This document shows positions 17,187 through 25,881 of a DNA stretch of 32,000 nt, in pieces. This DNA is from Telmatocola sphagniphila (GTDB lineage: Bacteria > Planctomycetota > Planctomycetia > Gemmatales > Gemmataceae). A program made the position numbers and the translations under genes. The notes beneath the pieces were generated by a model. The model searched no databases. It was not told where the DNA came from and saw only the letters and a program-made list of their open reading frames with translations. The stretch is taken from positions 1,710,001 through 1,742,000 of the forward strand of contig NZ_CP074694.1 in NCBI RefSeq assembly GCF_018398935.1, written 5' to 3'. The first letter of the stretch is position 1. Each line of letters opens with the position of its first letter.

Positions 17187-18257
17187 ATGGAAGAACTGTC
17201 ACTAAATTTCCTGAAGCAGTTGTTGTCGACTCCCAGTCCGTCCGGGTACGAGCAGCGGATTCAGGAGGTCGTTCGCACCTGGGCCAAGCAGTATACCGAT
17301 GACGTTAAAACCGATTTACATGGTAATGTCATCGCGCGACTGGCTCCGAACCGGCACGTGACGAATCCCGTCCGTATTATGCTGGCGGGACACTGCGATC
17401 AAATCGGATTGCTGGTCGAACATATCGATGGGGATGGTTTTATCTACGTCCAGCCCATTGGCGGTTGGGATATGCAGATTTTACTGGGGCAATACCTAAC
17501 AATTTGGACCAAATCGGGCCCGATACAAGGTATCCTCTCCCGCAAGGCGCCTCATCTGCTGCAAAATGATGAGAGAAACAAAGTTCCGCAGTTCACCGAC
17601 GTCTGGGTGGATATCGGGGCCAAAAATAAAGAAGACGCCGAAAAGCTGATCCGTCACGGCGATCCGATTACGGTAAACCTCGGCTTTCACGATTTGCTAA
17701 ATGGACTGGCGGCTTCCCCGGCGATGGACGACAAAGTCGGTGTCTGGGTCGTGATGGAGGCTTTACGCCTGCTGAGGGATCGGGAGCGAAGTGCCGAAGT
17801 CTACTGCGTTTCAACCGTTCAGGAAGAAATTGGTTTGCGCGGGGCCACGACCAGTGCCCACCGAATCAACCCGACCATAGGCATTGCCGTGGATGTCTGC
17901 CATGCCAGCGACACCCCGGGGACCGATAAAAAGCAGCTCGGTGAAGTGAAGCTGGGTGCGGGACCGGTGCTGTTTCGCGGCCCGAATATCAGTCCCCGAG
18001 TTTTGGACGAGTTGGAGAACAGCGCGAAGCGACTCGAAGTTCCGGTACAAGTACGCGGTGTGGCCCGGGCCACGGGTACGGATGCCAATGTGATTCAGAT
18101 TTCCCGCGAAGGTGTGGCCACCGCACTCATTGGGATTCCGAATCGTTACATGCACAGCCCCGTCGAGACCGTAAATCTCGACGATCTTAATAACGCGGCC
18201 AAATTACTGGCCGATTTCTGCGCGAATATCTCGGTGGAAACGAATCTGATTCCTTAA
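17187..18257 (+). CDS. M42-family metallo-aminopeptidase (FrvX/CelM-like)
   Basis: The N-terminus LKQLLSTPSPSGYEQRIQEVV, plus GHCDQIGL, DDKVGVWV and QEEIGLRGA, are typical of the M42 family. The ATG at 17187 is preferred over the TTG at 17169. Confidence 0.9.
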   Translation: MEELSLNFLKQLLSTPSPSGYEQRIQEVVRTWAKQYTDDVKTDLHGNVIARLAPNRHVTNPVRIMLAGHCDQIGLLVEHIDGDGFIYVQPIGGWDMQILLGQYLTIWTKSGPIQGILSRKAPHLLQNDERNKVPQFTDVWVDIGAKNKEDAEKLIRHGDPITVNLGFHDLLNGLAASPAMDDKVGVWVVMEALRLLRDRERSAEVYCVSTVQEEIGLRGATTSAHRINPTIGIAVDVCHASDTPGTDKKQLGEVKLGAGPVLFRGPNISPRVLDELENSAKRLEVPVQVRGVARATGTDANVIQISREGVATALIGIPNRYMHSPVETVNLDDLNNAAKLLADFCANISVETNLIP

Positions 18258-18314
18258 CCGGATTGAAAGAGATATCCGCTCTCCCTCTGAAAGGGATGTT
18301 TCGGGAGTATTGCT

Positions 18315-18794
18315 ATGGCCGATGAACGTATACCGATGACCCGTGAAGGGTACGATAAGCTGAAGAGCGAACTCGACCATCTGGTTGGTGTGGAAATGAT
18401 CGAGATCACCAAGAAGCTGGCGGAAGCTCGTTCCGAAGGTGACCTCAGCGAAAATGCCGAGTATCATGCTCAGCGCGAAAATCAGGGTCAACTCCAGGCG
18501 AAGATCAACGAAATCCGCGACAAGCTGAGCCGCGCGAGTATCGTCGAACCTGGCCAGCGCCCCAAGGATATCGTCACCTTCGGCGCGACGGTTAAGGTCA
18601 AGGATGTGGATATCGACGAGGAAGAAACCTTCACCATTGTCGGACCCGGGGACGACGATCCGGATCAGAACAAGATTCTTTCGACGAGCCCGATCGGACA
18701 GGGATTGTTAGGCAAAAAGAAAGGCGAAACCGCGGAAATTCCGGTTCCGCGCGGCAAATTGAAATTCAAGATATTGGCCATCAGCTACGAGTGA
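18315..18794 (+). CDS. greA: Transcription elongation factor GreA
   Basis: 159 aa with [30 protein letters not shown] and a C-terminal [18 protein letters not shown] lies 8 nt upstream of the ATG. Confidence 0.95.
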   Translation: MADERIPMTREGYDKLKSELDHLVGVEMIEITKKLAEARSEGDLSENAEYHAQRENQGQLQAKINEIRDKLSRASIVEPGQRPKDIVTFGATVKVKDVDIDEEETFTIVGPGDDDPDQNKILSTSPIGQGLLGKKKGETAEIPVPRGKLKFKILAISYE

Positions 18795-18839
18795 CCTCGT
18801 CGTCGAAGGCCTCATTTCCCCTGGAACGCAGATTGCGAA

Positions 18840-21800
18840 TCACACTTTGATGATTCGCGATTCTGTCGCAACCTGACGAAGAATCTCGCGCATCTGCGAT
18901 GAAAGCAGTTCGATATTGTCGTCCCGGAAGAAGAGCATGTGCTCGGCCGGTACGACATAAAGTTGCACTTCATCGCACCAGCGGTTCCAACCCTTGTGCG
19001 GGTCGTCGTAGTAATGGCCGATCCACTGATCGGTCTGTTCCGAACTGACCAGGATCACGCGGCCGTTGAAGTGCTCCGAAGGCAAATAAGCCTCACGCGC
19101 CTTGTAAAGAGCACCCCAGACGTGCTTTAATCGCTCTTGGGGAACCACTTTCATACCCGGAATCGGCGGCGCGTAAAAGCGGTGCAGGTTGAGCCGGAAC
19201 AGAATCCGCTTCTTCATCTGGTCGATTCGGTTGCCCAGATAATGCAGCTTTCGCTTGCCTTTCATGTTGCGGAACACGCGAGCATGTTCGCGAACCCGCT
19301 TGAGCATCGGCATCGGTTTGGGATAGCCAGGCGCCAGGGTGTCGAAAGCGATGACGCGCGAAACGACTTTTCCCATGGCCTGTAATTGCAGGGCCGTTTC
19401 GAATGCGATCACACCGCCCACCGAGTAGCCGCCGATCACGTAAGGGCCTTCGGGTCGTTCGGCCAGAATTTCTTTCACGTATCGGGTGGCGATCAGTCGG
19501 ATATCCTCCAAGGGAGGTTCCGTGCCGTCAACGCCGATGGCTTTCATTCCATAGGTGGGTTGTTCCGGCCCCAACAATCTCGAGAACTTGTGGAAGGCAA
19601 ACACGTGCCCGCCGGCTCCGGCAATCAGGAACAGCGGTGGATTCGAGCCTTGGGTTTGAAGCGGAACGAGAACGCCACGACCCAATTCCAGATTGCGTTG
19701 GAGAACGGTCGCCAATCCCCGGATGGTTGGCGATTCGAAAAGGGCTTCGAGCGGGAGGCGATGCCCCAACCGGGTTTCGATCCGGGACATGAGTACGGCG
19801 GCCTGAACAGAATCGCCCCCGAGCTGGTAGAAGTCATCGTGCACGCTGATCGGTCTTATGTCGAAAATTTCTTCCCAGATCGACTGGAGTGCAAGTTCCT
19901 CATCCCCTACCGGGGCGACGTATCCCGTGGCCAATTCCGAATCTGCTTGATCTTTTGAATCCACGATATTCACCGAATTCATTTCGGATGTTGAGTTCAT
20001 TCTTTCCGCCTCAAGTTTCTTTCTCAAGCGGTTCGCCAAACCTCGGATCGTTGGAGACCCGAAAAGCACTTCCAAGGGCAGGCGGTGCTTTAATCGATCC
20101 TCAATTCTAGACATTAAAAAGGCCGCTTGAAGCGAATGTCCCCCAATGTTGAAAAAATTGGCGGTCACTCCGATCGGCTTGATCGCAAAAACTTCTTCCC
20201 AAATTACCTGGATGCTCCGTTCCAGATTATCGGCAGGTGGAACGAATTCCAATTCATTAGTTGTTGAAGTCCAATCCGGTTCCGGCAAGTTTCGACGATC
20301 TAATTTTCCGGTCGCCGTTTGGGGGAAATTCTCCACTATTGTAAAGGAGATTGGTATCATATAATCCGGTAAAAAGCCGGATAAGTGTTCTTTAATACTA
20401 GAGGGAGAAGGACGCCGTTGTTGAGAGTCTATCAGCTTTAAGTAAGCTCGCAAAGTCGAGCCGCCAGACAAATCCGATTTCGAAATTACCACCGCCTGCG
20501 CCACGCCGGGGAAGCTCTCCAGAGCTCGCTCGACCTCTCCCAGTTCCACCCGGAACCCGCGAATCTTCACCTGATGATCGATACGGCCCAGAAATTCGAT
20601 GTTTCCATCCGGCCAGTAGCGAGCCAAATCCCCGGTTTTGTAGAGCTTGGAGCCTTCCCGATCGGTAAACGGATCTGGAATGAATCTTTCGGCCGTCAGT
20701 TCCTGCCGGTTCAGATAGCCATCGGCAAGAACTTCTCCTCCGATGTGCAATTCACCCGGAACGCCGAGCGGCTGGGGCTGCAGATTTTCATTCAGAATAT
20801 GATAGTGGGCATTCCGGATCGGCTTTCCATAGGGAATGCTGACCCAACCGGAATCGACTTCGTCGATGCTAAACCAGTTCGACCAGATGGCCGCTTCGGT
20901 CGCGCCGCCGAGACTGACGACTCGGCTCGTCGGGAAGACATCTCGAATTTGCTGGGGAAGTGAAACGGGGATCCAGTCGCCGGAGAGCAGTACCAGTCGA
21001 AGATCGCCAGATCGCTTGTTTTTGTCGAAAAAATGAGACAATTGCTGCAGCAGCGCCGGGGCAGAATCCCAGAGAGTAATTTTTTCGGTCTGAAGTATTT
21101 CCAGCAATCTCAAAGGATTGCGAAGTTCGTCCTCGCTGGCCAGGCGCAGGGAACCGCCCGCACCCAGAATCCCAAAAATATCGTACACCGAAAGATCGAA
21201 ACTCAGCGAAGTCACGAACAGCAATCGGTCGGTATGATGAACCCGGAAAGTGGTGTTGACCCAATCCAACACGTTGGCAACAGGCTTATGCCGCAGGAGG
21301 ACCCCTTTGGGAAGGCCGGTCGATCCGGAGGTGTAAATCACGTAGGCCAAATCGTTTGAAGTGCCAATCTTTGCCGGGTTGCGATTGGGCTGAGATCTAA
21401 GATCGAGCTTATCCAGAACCAGCAGCTTTGCCTCGTCTGCAATTTCCAATTTGGTCAGACTGTCGGAATTGGTCAACACCCACTTTGAGTTGCTGTCCTG
21501 GATCATGTGATTCAGTCGCTCGGCCGGCGAACTGAGATCGAGCGGAACGTAAGCGCCTCCCGCTTTGCTGATGGCCAGAACTGCGGCAATCATTTCCGGG
21601 CAACGAGGCAGCGCCACCGACACGAATTCGTTAGGCTTCAGTCCGAGCCCGATCAGATAGTGAGCGATCTGATTGGCCCTGCCGTTCAGCCGTTCGTAAC
21701 TCCAGGTCTCTCCCGATGTCAGAATAGCGGCCGCATTCTTTTGACGAATAGCGGTCTCTTCAAAGAGTTCGTGGATCTTCCGTTCCGAGGGATATGCCCC

Positions 21801-23498
21801 TTCGGTGCGATTCCATTCGTGCAGGATCTTTCGGCGTTCCGTTTCCGGAAGCAAAGGCAGGTGCTGAATTTGTTCCGAGGGATTAGCCAAGGCGGCATCG
21901 AGTAGGGTCTGAAAGTGGGCCGCCAGACGATCGATGTAGATTTCGTCGAAAAGATCGGTGTTGTATTCGATCCAGGCTTTCAGTCCTCCGCCGAGCTTGT
22001 CTTCCAGCACGAAGCGAATATCGAACATGGACGTGCCGTTATGCAGGCTGATCGGCAGCATATCGTGCGGTCCGAGATTCGTGGGCAACAGCCCCTGATT
22101 CTGGTAAAGGAAAGCGATCTTAAACAATGGCTGTCGGCTGGTATCCCGAACGGGATTCACGGCCTCCACGATGGTTTCAAACGGCACGCCGCTGTGTGCA
22201 AGCGCTTGAAGCGTGGATTTGCGCACGGCCGAGATTGCATCCCGGAAGGTCATCTTCCCATCGATGCGATTTCGAAGCGAAAGAGTGTTTACAAAAAAAC
22301 CAATCAGTTCTTCGGTATCCGGGCGACGGTTGGCCACCGGGGTGCCGATGCAAAGGTCCGTCTCGCCAGTGTAGCGGTGCAGCACGCTCAGAAAAGCGGT
22401 CAGCCCGACCATGAATCGCGTGGATTGCTCCGCAAAAGCAAACTCGTCGAGCTTGGCAAGTTTAGCCGCCGTAATTTCAAAGCGAACTACCGAACCGCGG
22501 AAGGTCTGAATCTTCGGCCGGGGCCTGGAGAACGGCAAATCGAGCGAAGCCGGCGGTGGAGTGAGTACCTGCTTCCAGTAAGCCAGGTGCTCCTGGAATT
22601 CGGATTGCGAACGCCAGGCCTTCTCCCAGATCGCATAATCGCCGTACTGGATCTGTAGCCGATGCCGATCCATCTCGGAACCTACTCGGATGGACTGGTA
22701 GGCTTCGGTTAGTTCGGCGAAGAACTGGTTGATGGAAACGCCGTCCGTGATGCAGTGGTGAAAATTCACCAATAGGAAGAAATCTTCCGTGTCGATTCGC
22801 CAGAGTCGAACGCTCCAGAGAGGGGCCTGTTGCAGATTGAATGGCCGTCGGGCCTCCTCCTCCGCTTCCCTCTTGACGCGTGGAAAGCGTTCCGATTCCG
22901 GAAGTGCGGAAAGATCGGAAAAAGCGACGTCGATGGAAATCGAAGGCTCGACGAACTGAACCGGTTCGCCGTTGTATTCGTCCAGGCGCGTGCGCAGCGG
23001 TTCGTGTTTGCGGGACAAGGTCCCGAGAGCCGCGCTCAGCACGGCCACATCCAGGTCGCCGAGCAGGCGAACCAGACGGTACACATTATAAACTTCCGGC
23101 TGACTGATGAAGCGATCGAGAAACCAGAGGCGGGATTGCGCAGAGGTCGCCGGAAACTCGCTACGATTGGCGGCCACCTCGATGATCGGCTTATTCGAAA
23201 TCAGGGAGTTCGGCTTGGACTCCTGCAGCAGCCGGCAGAGATTCCTGAAGGTCCGCGCCTGAAAGAAATCTTCCGTCTGAAGCGAGAGGGAGAAGCGAGC
23301 CTGAATGCGGGATAAGAGAAGAGCGGAGTCGAGGGAATTACCGCCCATTTCGAAGAAGTCATCGTCCCCGGCAACAGAATTCACACCCAGAATGTCGAGC
23401 CAGATTTCAGCGACGACGTCTTCGGCACGAACCAGGTCGAACTGGTTTAGAGGCAGGATTCTCGACTGAATTTCATTCGCACGTGGCGAGGAAAGCAT
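18840..23498 (-). CDS. Single-module non-ribosomal peptide synthetase, domain order T-C-A-T-T-TE
   Basis: 1552 aa. Domain positions by hand, with approximate nt ranges:
- T0: FFEMGGNSLDS, S55 (~23223..23426).
- C: SAQSRLWFL and HHCITDG at aa 247-253 (~21864..23162).
- A: LAYVIYTSGSTGLPKG, SFDLSVYD, GGATEAAIW, YKTGDLARY, GKLDRR (~20283..21791).
- T1: FFNIGGHSL, S1122 (~20019..20225).
- T2: FYQLGGDSV, S1230 (~19695..19901).
- TE: GYSVGG S1359, AFDT D1386, PAEHM H1520 (~18864..19646). Confidence 0.95.
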   Translation of the reverse strand: MLSSPRANEIQSRILPLNQFDLVRAEDVVAEIWLDILGVNSVAGDDDFFEMGGNSLDSALLLSRIQARFSLSLQTEDFFQARTFRNLCRLLQESKPNSLISNKPIIEVAANRSEFPATSAQSRLWFLDRFISQPEVYNVYRLVRLLGDLDVAVLSAALGTLSRKHEPLRTRLDEYNGEPVQFVEPSISIDVAFSDLSALPESERFPRVKREAEEEARRPFNLQQAPLWSVRLWRIDTEDFFLLVNFHHCITDGVSINQFFAELTEAYQSIRVGSEMDRHRLQIQYGDYAIWEKAWRSQSEFQEHLAYWKQVLTPPPASLDLPFSRPRPKIQTFRGSVVRFEITAAKLAKLDEFAFAEQSTRFMVGLTAFLSVLHRYTGETDLCIGTPVANRRPDTEELIGFFVNTLSLRNRIDGKMTFRDAISAVRKSTLQALAHSGVPFETIVEAVNPVRDTSRQPLFKIAFLYQNQGLLPTNLGPHDMLPISLHNGTSMFDIRFVLEDKLGGGLKAWIEYNTDLFDEIYIDRLAAHFQTLLDAALANPSEQIQHLPLLPETERRKILHEWNRTEGAYPSERKIHELFEETAIRQKNAAAILTSGETWSYERLNGRANQIAHYLIGLGLKPNEFVSVALPRCPEMIAAVLAISKAGGAYVPLDLSSPAERLNHMIQDSNSKWVLTNSDSLTKLEIADEAKLLVLDKLDLRSQPNRNPAKIGTSNDLAYVIYTSGSTGLPKGVLLRHKPVANVLDWVNTTFRVHHTDRLLFVTSLSFDLSVYDIFGILGAGGSLRLASEDELRNPLRLLEILQTEKITLWDSAPALLQQLSHFFDKNKRSGDLRLVLLSGDWIPVSLPQQIRDVFPTSRVVSLGGATEAAIWSNWFSIDEVDSGWVSIPYGKPIRNAHYHILNENLQPQPLGVPGELHIGGEVLADGYLNRQELTAERFIPDPFTDREGSKLYKTGDLARYWPDGNIEFLGRIDHQVKIRGFRVELGEVERALESFPGVAQAVVISKSDLSGGSTLRAYLKLIDSQQRRPSPSSIKEHLSGFLPDYMIPISFTIVENFPQTATGKLDRRNLPEPDWTSTTNELEFVPPADNLERSIQVIWEEVFAIKPIGVTANFFNIGGHSLQAAFLMSRIEDRLKHRLPLEVLFGSPTIRGLANRLRKKLEAERMNSTSEMNSVNIVDSKDQADSELATGYVAPVGDEELALQSIWEEIFDIRPISVHDDFYQLGGDSVQAAVLMSRIETRLGHRLPLEALFESPTIRGLATVLQRNLELGRGVLVPLQTQGSNPPLFLIAGAGGHVFAFHKFSRLLGPEQPTYGMKAIGVDGTEPPLEDIRLIATRYVKEILAERPEGPYVIGGYSVGGVIAFETALQLQAMGKVVSRVIAFDTLAPGYPKPMPMLKRVREHARVFRNMKGKRKLHYLGNRIDQMKKRILFRLNLHRFYAPPIPGMKVVPQERLKHVWGALYKAREAYLPSEHFNGRVILVSSEQTDQWIGHYYDDPHKGWNRWCDEVQLYVVPAEHMLFFRDDNIELLSSQMREILRQVATESRIIKV

Positions 23499-23598
23499 CT
23501 CTGTATCATCCCCCGGCTCGCAAGCAGCGAGCTAGTCAAAAGAACCGGCAGTTCGATTCGGCAGATATTCGGAACACTGGCTCAGTGAGACGTGCTAT

Positions 23599-23643
23599 CC
23601 CCCGCGCCGGTTCCCAGTCCTGCCCAATCTCCCTGTTCCCCCC
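23599..23643 (-). promoter_or_regulatory. G-quadruplex-forming motif on the NRPS coding strand, in its upstream/leader region
   Basis: The minus strand reads GGGGGG-AACA-GGG-AGATT-GGG-CAGGACT-GGG-AACCGGCGC-GGGGG. Four G3+ tracts with loops of 4, 5 and 7 nt span 23613..23643, and a fifth tract lies at 23599..23603. The motif is about 115 nt upstream of the ATG at 23498. Confidence 0.4.
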
Positions 23644-23703
23644 ATTCAAGCAATTGCGAAGATCCACTTCAATCGCTTTTATTCCTAAAGCTGGGATAAG
23701 GGA

Positions 23704-23731
23704 TATATAGCTTAAGTTACACTTGTCACAA
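23704..23731 (-). promoter_or_regulatory. Candidate sigma-70-like promoter for the NRPS gene
   Basis: The minus strand has TTGTGA (23731..23726), a 16-nt spacer, then TATATA (23709..23704), inside the AT-rich tract. This would give a leader of about 200 nt. It is a pattern match only. Confidence 0.25.
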
Positions 23732-23938
23732 CCTGAATTTTAATCCCAGGTAGTGCCATATACCGACATAAAAACCACTTTTTTATAAGTTTATGCTAAT
23801 ACAGGACAATCGAGTTTACGGACGTAATATTCTCTCGAATTTTGAGGCGATCTTTTGTAATAATTGCCCGAACTCATATCCCCTAAATTGCGCGAAGGTC
23901 CGATCTTCCACGTAAGTCGACCATCCAACAGTGTCACG

Positions 23939-24640
23939 TTAGACAATTTGGCTTTTTAGAATCGGTAGCAAGATAGAGAATTTCGTTCCGGTGCCCACTT
24001 CACTCTGAACTTCGATGGATCCCCCGAGTGCTTCGATCACTTTTCGAGTTGTGGGCAACCCCAGACCGGTTCCCCCCATCTTGGTCGTGTGGAAGGGTTT
24101 GAAAATCTTTTCGAGTTGATCTGTGGGAATTCCCGAACCGGTGTCGATGACGTCCAGGCGAATGAACTCTCCCTCGATGTAATCCTGAAGGATAATCTCA
24201 CCGCCCTCCGGCATCGCCTCCTTGGCGTTGATGAGCAAATTCAGCATCGCCTGCTTGAAAACCTGCGGGTCGATTTTGACGCGCGCTGAGTCGCCGCAGG
24301 GATACCAGGTGAGTTGGATACCCATGGTCTGTGCGGTCGGCTGGAAGAAATCGATGACTTCACTAACGACATCATCGAGGCGGACGATCTCCAATCGCAA
24401 GAGTTCCTGAGCGCGTGCAAAGCGCAGAAAATCATTGGAGATATCGGTGATTTTCGTGCATTCCGTCTGGAGGCGCTGAATCCGCTCGGCAATGCGGCGT
24501 TCCTTGGGAGACTGTGGATTTTCGTAGTCTTCCGCGAGAAGCTGCAAATTCAGCCCCAGCGTGGCGATGTGATTTTTGATTTCATGAATAAAGCCACCCG
24601 CCACTTCAGCCAATTCGGTAAATTGCTCGGCGGATGGCAT
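23939..24640 (-). CDS. Cytoplasmic histidine kinase with DHp and CA domains only (no TM or sensor domain)
   Basis: 233 aa from the ATG at 24640 (TTG at 24649 in the ORF track). The H-box is FIHEIKNHIATL. N/G boxes are NLLINAKEAMPEGG, DTGSGIP and GGTGLGLPTTRKVIE. There is no hydrophobic segment and no adjacent response regulator. Confidence 0.85.
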   Translation of the reverse strand: MPSAEQFTELAEVAGGFIHEIKNHIATLGLNLQLLAEDYENPQSPKERRIAERIQRLQTECTKITDISNDFLRFARAQELLRLEIVRLDDVVSEVIDFFQPTAQTMGIQLTWYPCGDSARVKIDPQVFKQAMLNLLINAKEAMPEGGEIILQDYIEGEFIRLDVIDTGSGIPTDQLEKIFKPFHTTKMGGTGLGLPTTRKVIEALGGSIEVQSEVGTGTKFSILLPILKSQIV

Positions 24641-24657
24641 AATAATCAATCAGAGTT

Positions 24658-24693
24658 TGAACGAAAGACAAACTGAGGAGCCAGGCTCCTCAG
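24658..24693 (-). terminator. Intrinsic terminator downstream of fba
   Basis: CTGAGGAGCC-N-GGCTCCTCAG (24673..24693) is a perfect palindrome 32 nt after the fba stop. On the minus strand it is followed by TTTGTCTTTCGTT. Confidence 0.7.
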
Positions 24694-24725
24694 TCGCTTG
24701 CGAGTTCAATCCCCTGCCCTTAGTT

Positions 24726-25763
24726 TCAACCGTAAACCTTGGCGTATTCTTTGCAGCTGATGCTCTTGATCTTGCTGGCCTGACCGCCCTGACCGAAAGC
24801 CAGCATGCGTTCCTTGCAGACTTTCTTCATGGCTTCGCGGGCCGGCTTGAGGTAATCGCGCGGATCGAACTTATCCGGGCTTTCCATCAGCACTTTGCGG
24901 ATAGCGCCCGTGATGGCCATGCGGTTGTCGGTGTCGACGTTAATTTTGCGAACGCCGAACTTGATACCGAGCTGAATCTCTTCGACGGGAACGCCGAAGG
25001 TCTGCTTCATTTTTCCACCGTATTTGTTCAGAATATCCTGCAATTCCTGCGGCACGCTACTGGAGCCGTGCATCACCATGTGAGTGTTCGGCATCTTGGC
25101 GTGAATCTTCTTGATTACGTCCATATTCAGCACTGCGCCGTCAGGCTTCTTGCTGAACTTGTAGGCACCGTGGCTGGTGCCAATGGCTACGGCCAGAGCA
25201 TCGACCTTCGTCTTGGCCACGAAATCAGCGGCCTGATCTGGATCGGTCAGCAACTGGCTGTGATCGAGCACGCCTTCGGCGCCGTGGCCGTCTTCGGCTT
25301 CACCCATGCCGCTTTCGAGCGAACCGAGGCAGCCGAGTTCTCCTTCGACCGAGATGCCGAGCTTATGGGCCAGTTGCACGACTTCCGCCGTGACGCGGAC
25401 GTTGTAATCGTAATCGGCCGGAGTTTTGCCATCTTCGGCGAGAGAGCCGTCCATCATGACGCTGGTAAAGTTCTGTTCGATAGCACTTTTGCAGGTAGCC
25501 GGGCTATTGCCGTGGTCCTGGTGCATGACGATGGGAATATTCGGATAGAGTTCTGCCGCAGCCAGCATCAAGTGACGCAGGTAGGCATCCTGGGAATAGC
25601 TGCGGGCGCCGCGGGAGGCCTGGACGATCACGGGAGCGTCAATTTCTTTCGCCGCTTCCATGATCGCCTGAATTTGTTCCATGTTATTGACGTTGAATGC
25701 GGCAATTCCATAATTGTTTTCCGCAGCATGGTCCAACAGGAGACGCATCGGCACCAATGGCAT
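24726..25763 (-). CDS. fba: Class II fructose-1,6-bisphosphate aldolase
   Basis: 345 aa with [41 protein letters not shown] and [11 protein letters not shown]. These are typical class II (CbbA/Fba type) motifs. Confidence 0.95.
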   Translation of the reverse strand: MPLVPMRLLLDHAAENNYGIAAFNVNNMEQIQAIMEAAKEIDAPVIVQASRGARSYSQDAYLRHLMLAAAELYPNIPIVMHQDHGNSPATCKSAIEQNFTSVMMDGSLAEDGKTPADYDYNVRVTAEVVQLAHKLGISVEGELGCLGSLESGMGEAEDGHGAEGVLDHSQLLTDPDQAADFVAKTKVDALAVAIGTSHGAYKFSKKPDGAVLNMDVIKKIHAKMPNTHMVMHGSSSVPQELQDILNKYGGKMKQTFGVPVEEIQLGIKFGVRKINVDTDNRMAITGAIRKVLMESPDKFDPRDYLKPAREAMKKVCKERMLAFGQGGQASKIKSISCKEYAKVYG

Positions 25764-25881
25764 AACTCATCCTCTTCAGAAAACTCGTTAATTCGTGAAA
25801 AGTCATGTTACGAATTCGAGCGGAGGGGTCCAGCGATCCGGCTGACCCCGGGCGGAGGAATGAACACCGGAAAGTGAAATT

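Noticed and set aside
21864-23162. A heterocyclisation (Cy) domain, suggested by the Cys-like A-domain code.
   Set aside because: The active-site motif is HHCITDG (the HHxxxDG of a standard C domain), not the DxxxxD of Cy domains.
23483-23710. A 75-aa plus-strand ORF and minus-strand mini-ORFs of 28 codons or fewer in the NRPS upstream region.
   Set aside because: The plus-strand ORF overlaps the NRPS start and is rich in R, S and P. The mini-ORFs lack convincing ribosome-binding spacing. They could still act as leader peptides, but I cannot support that.
24657-25877. A 406-aa plus-strand ORF, longer than fba and covering it completely.
   Set aside because: It lies in the codon-aligned antisense frame of fba, since both strands share the triplet 25761..25763. 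Stops can therefore arise only where fba uses TTA, CTA or TCA, and fba uses none of these. That reflects codon bias in a likely highly expressed gene and is no evidence for a second gene. The translation is low-complexity (rich in H, V, A and G) with no recognisable motif.
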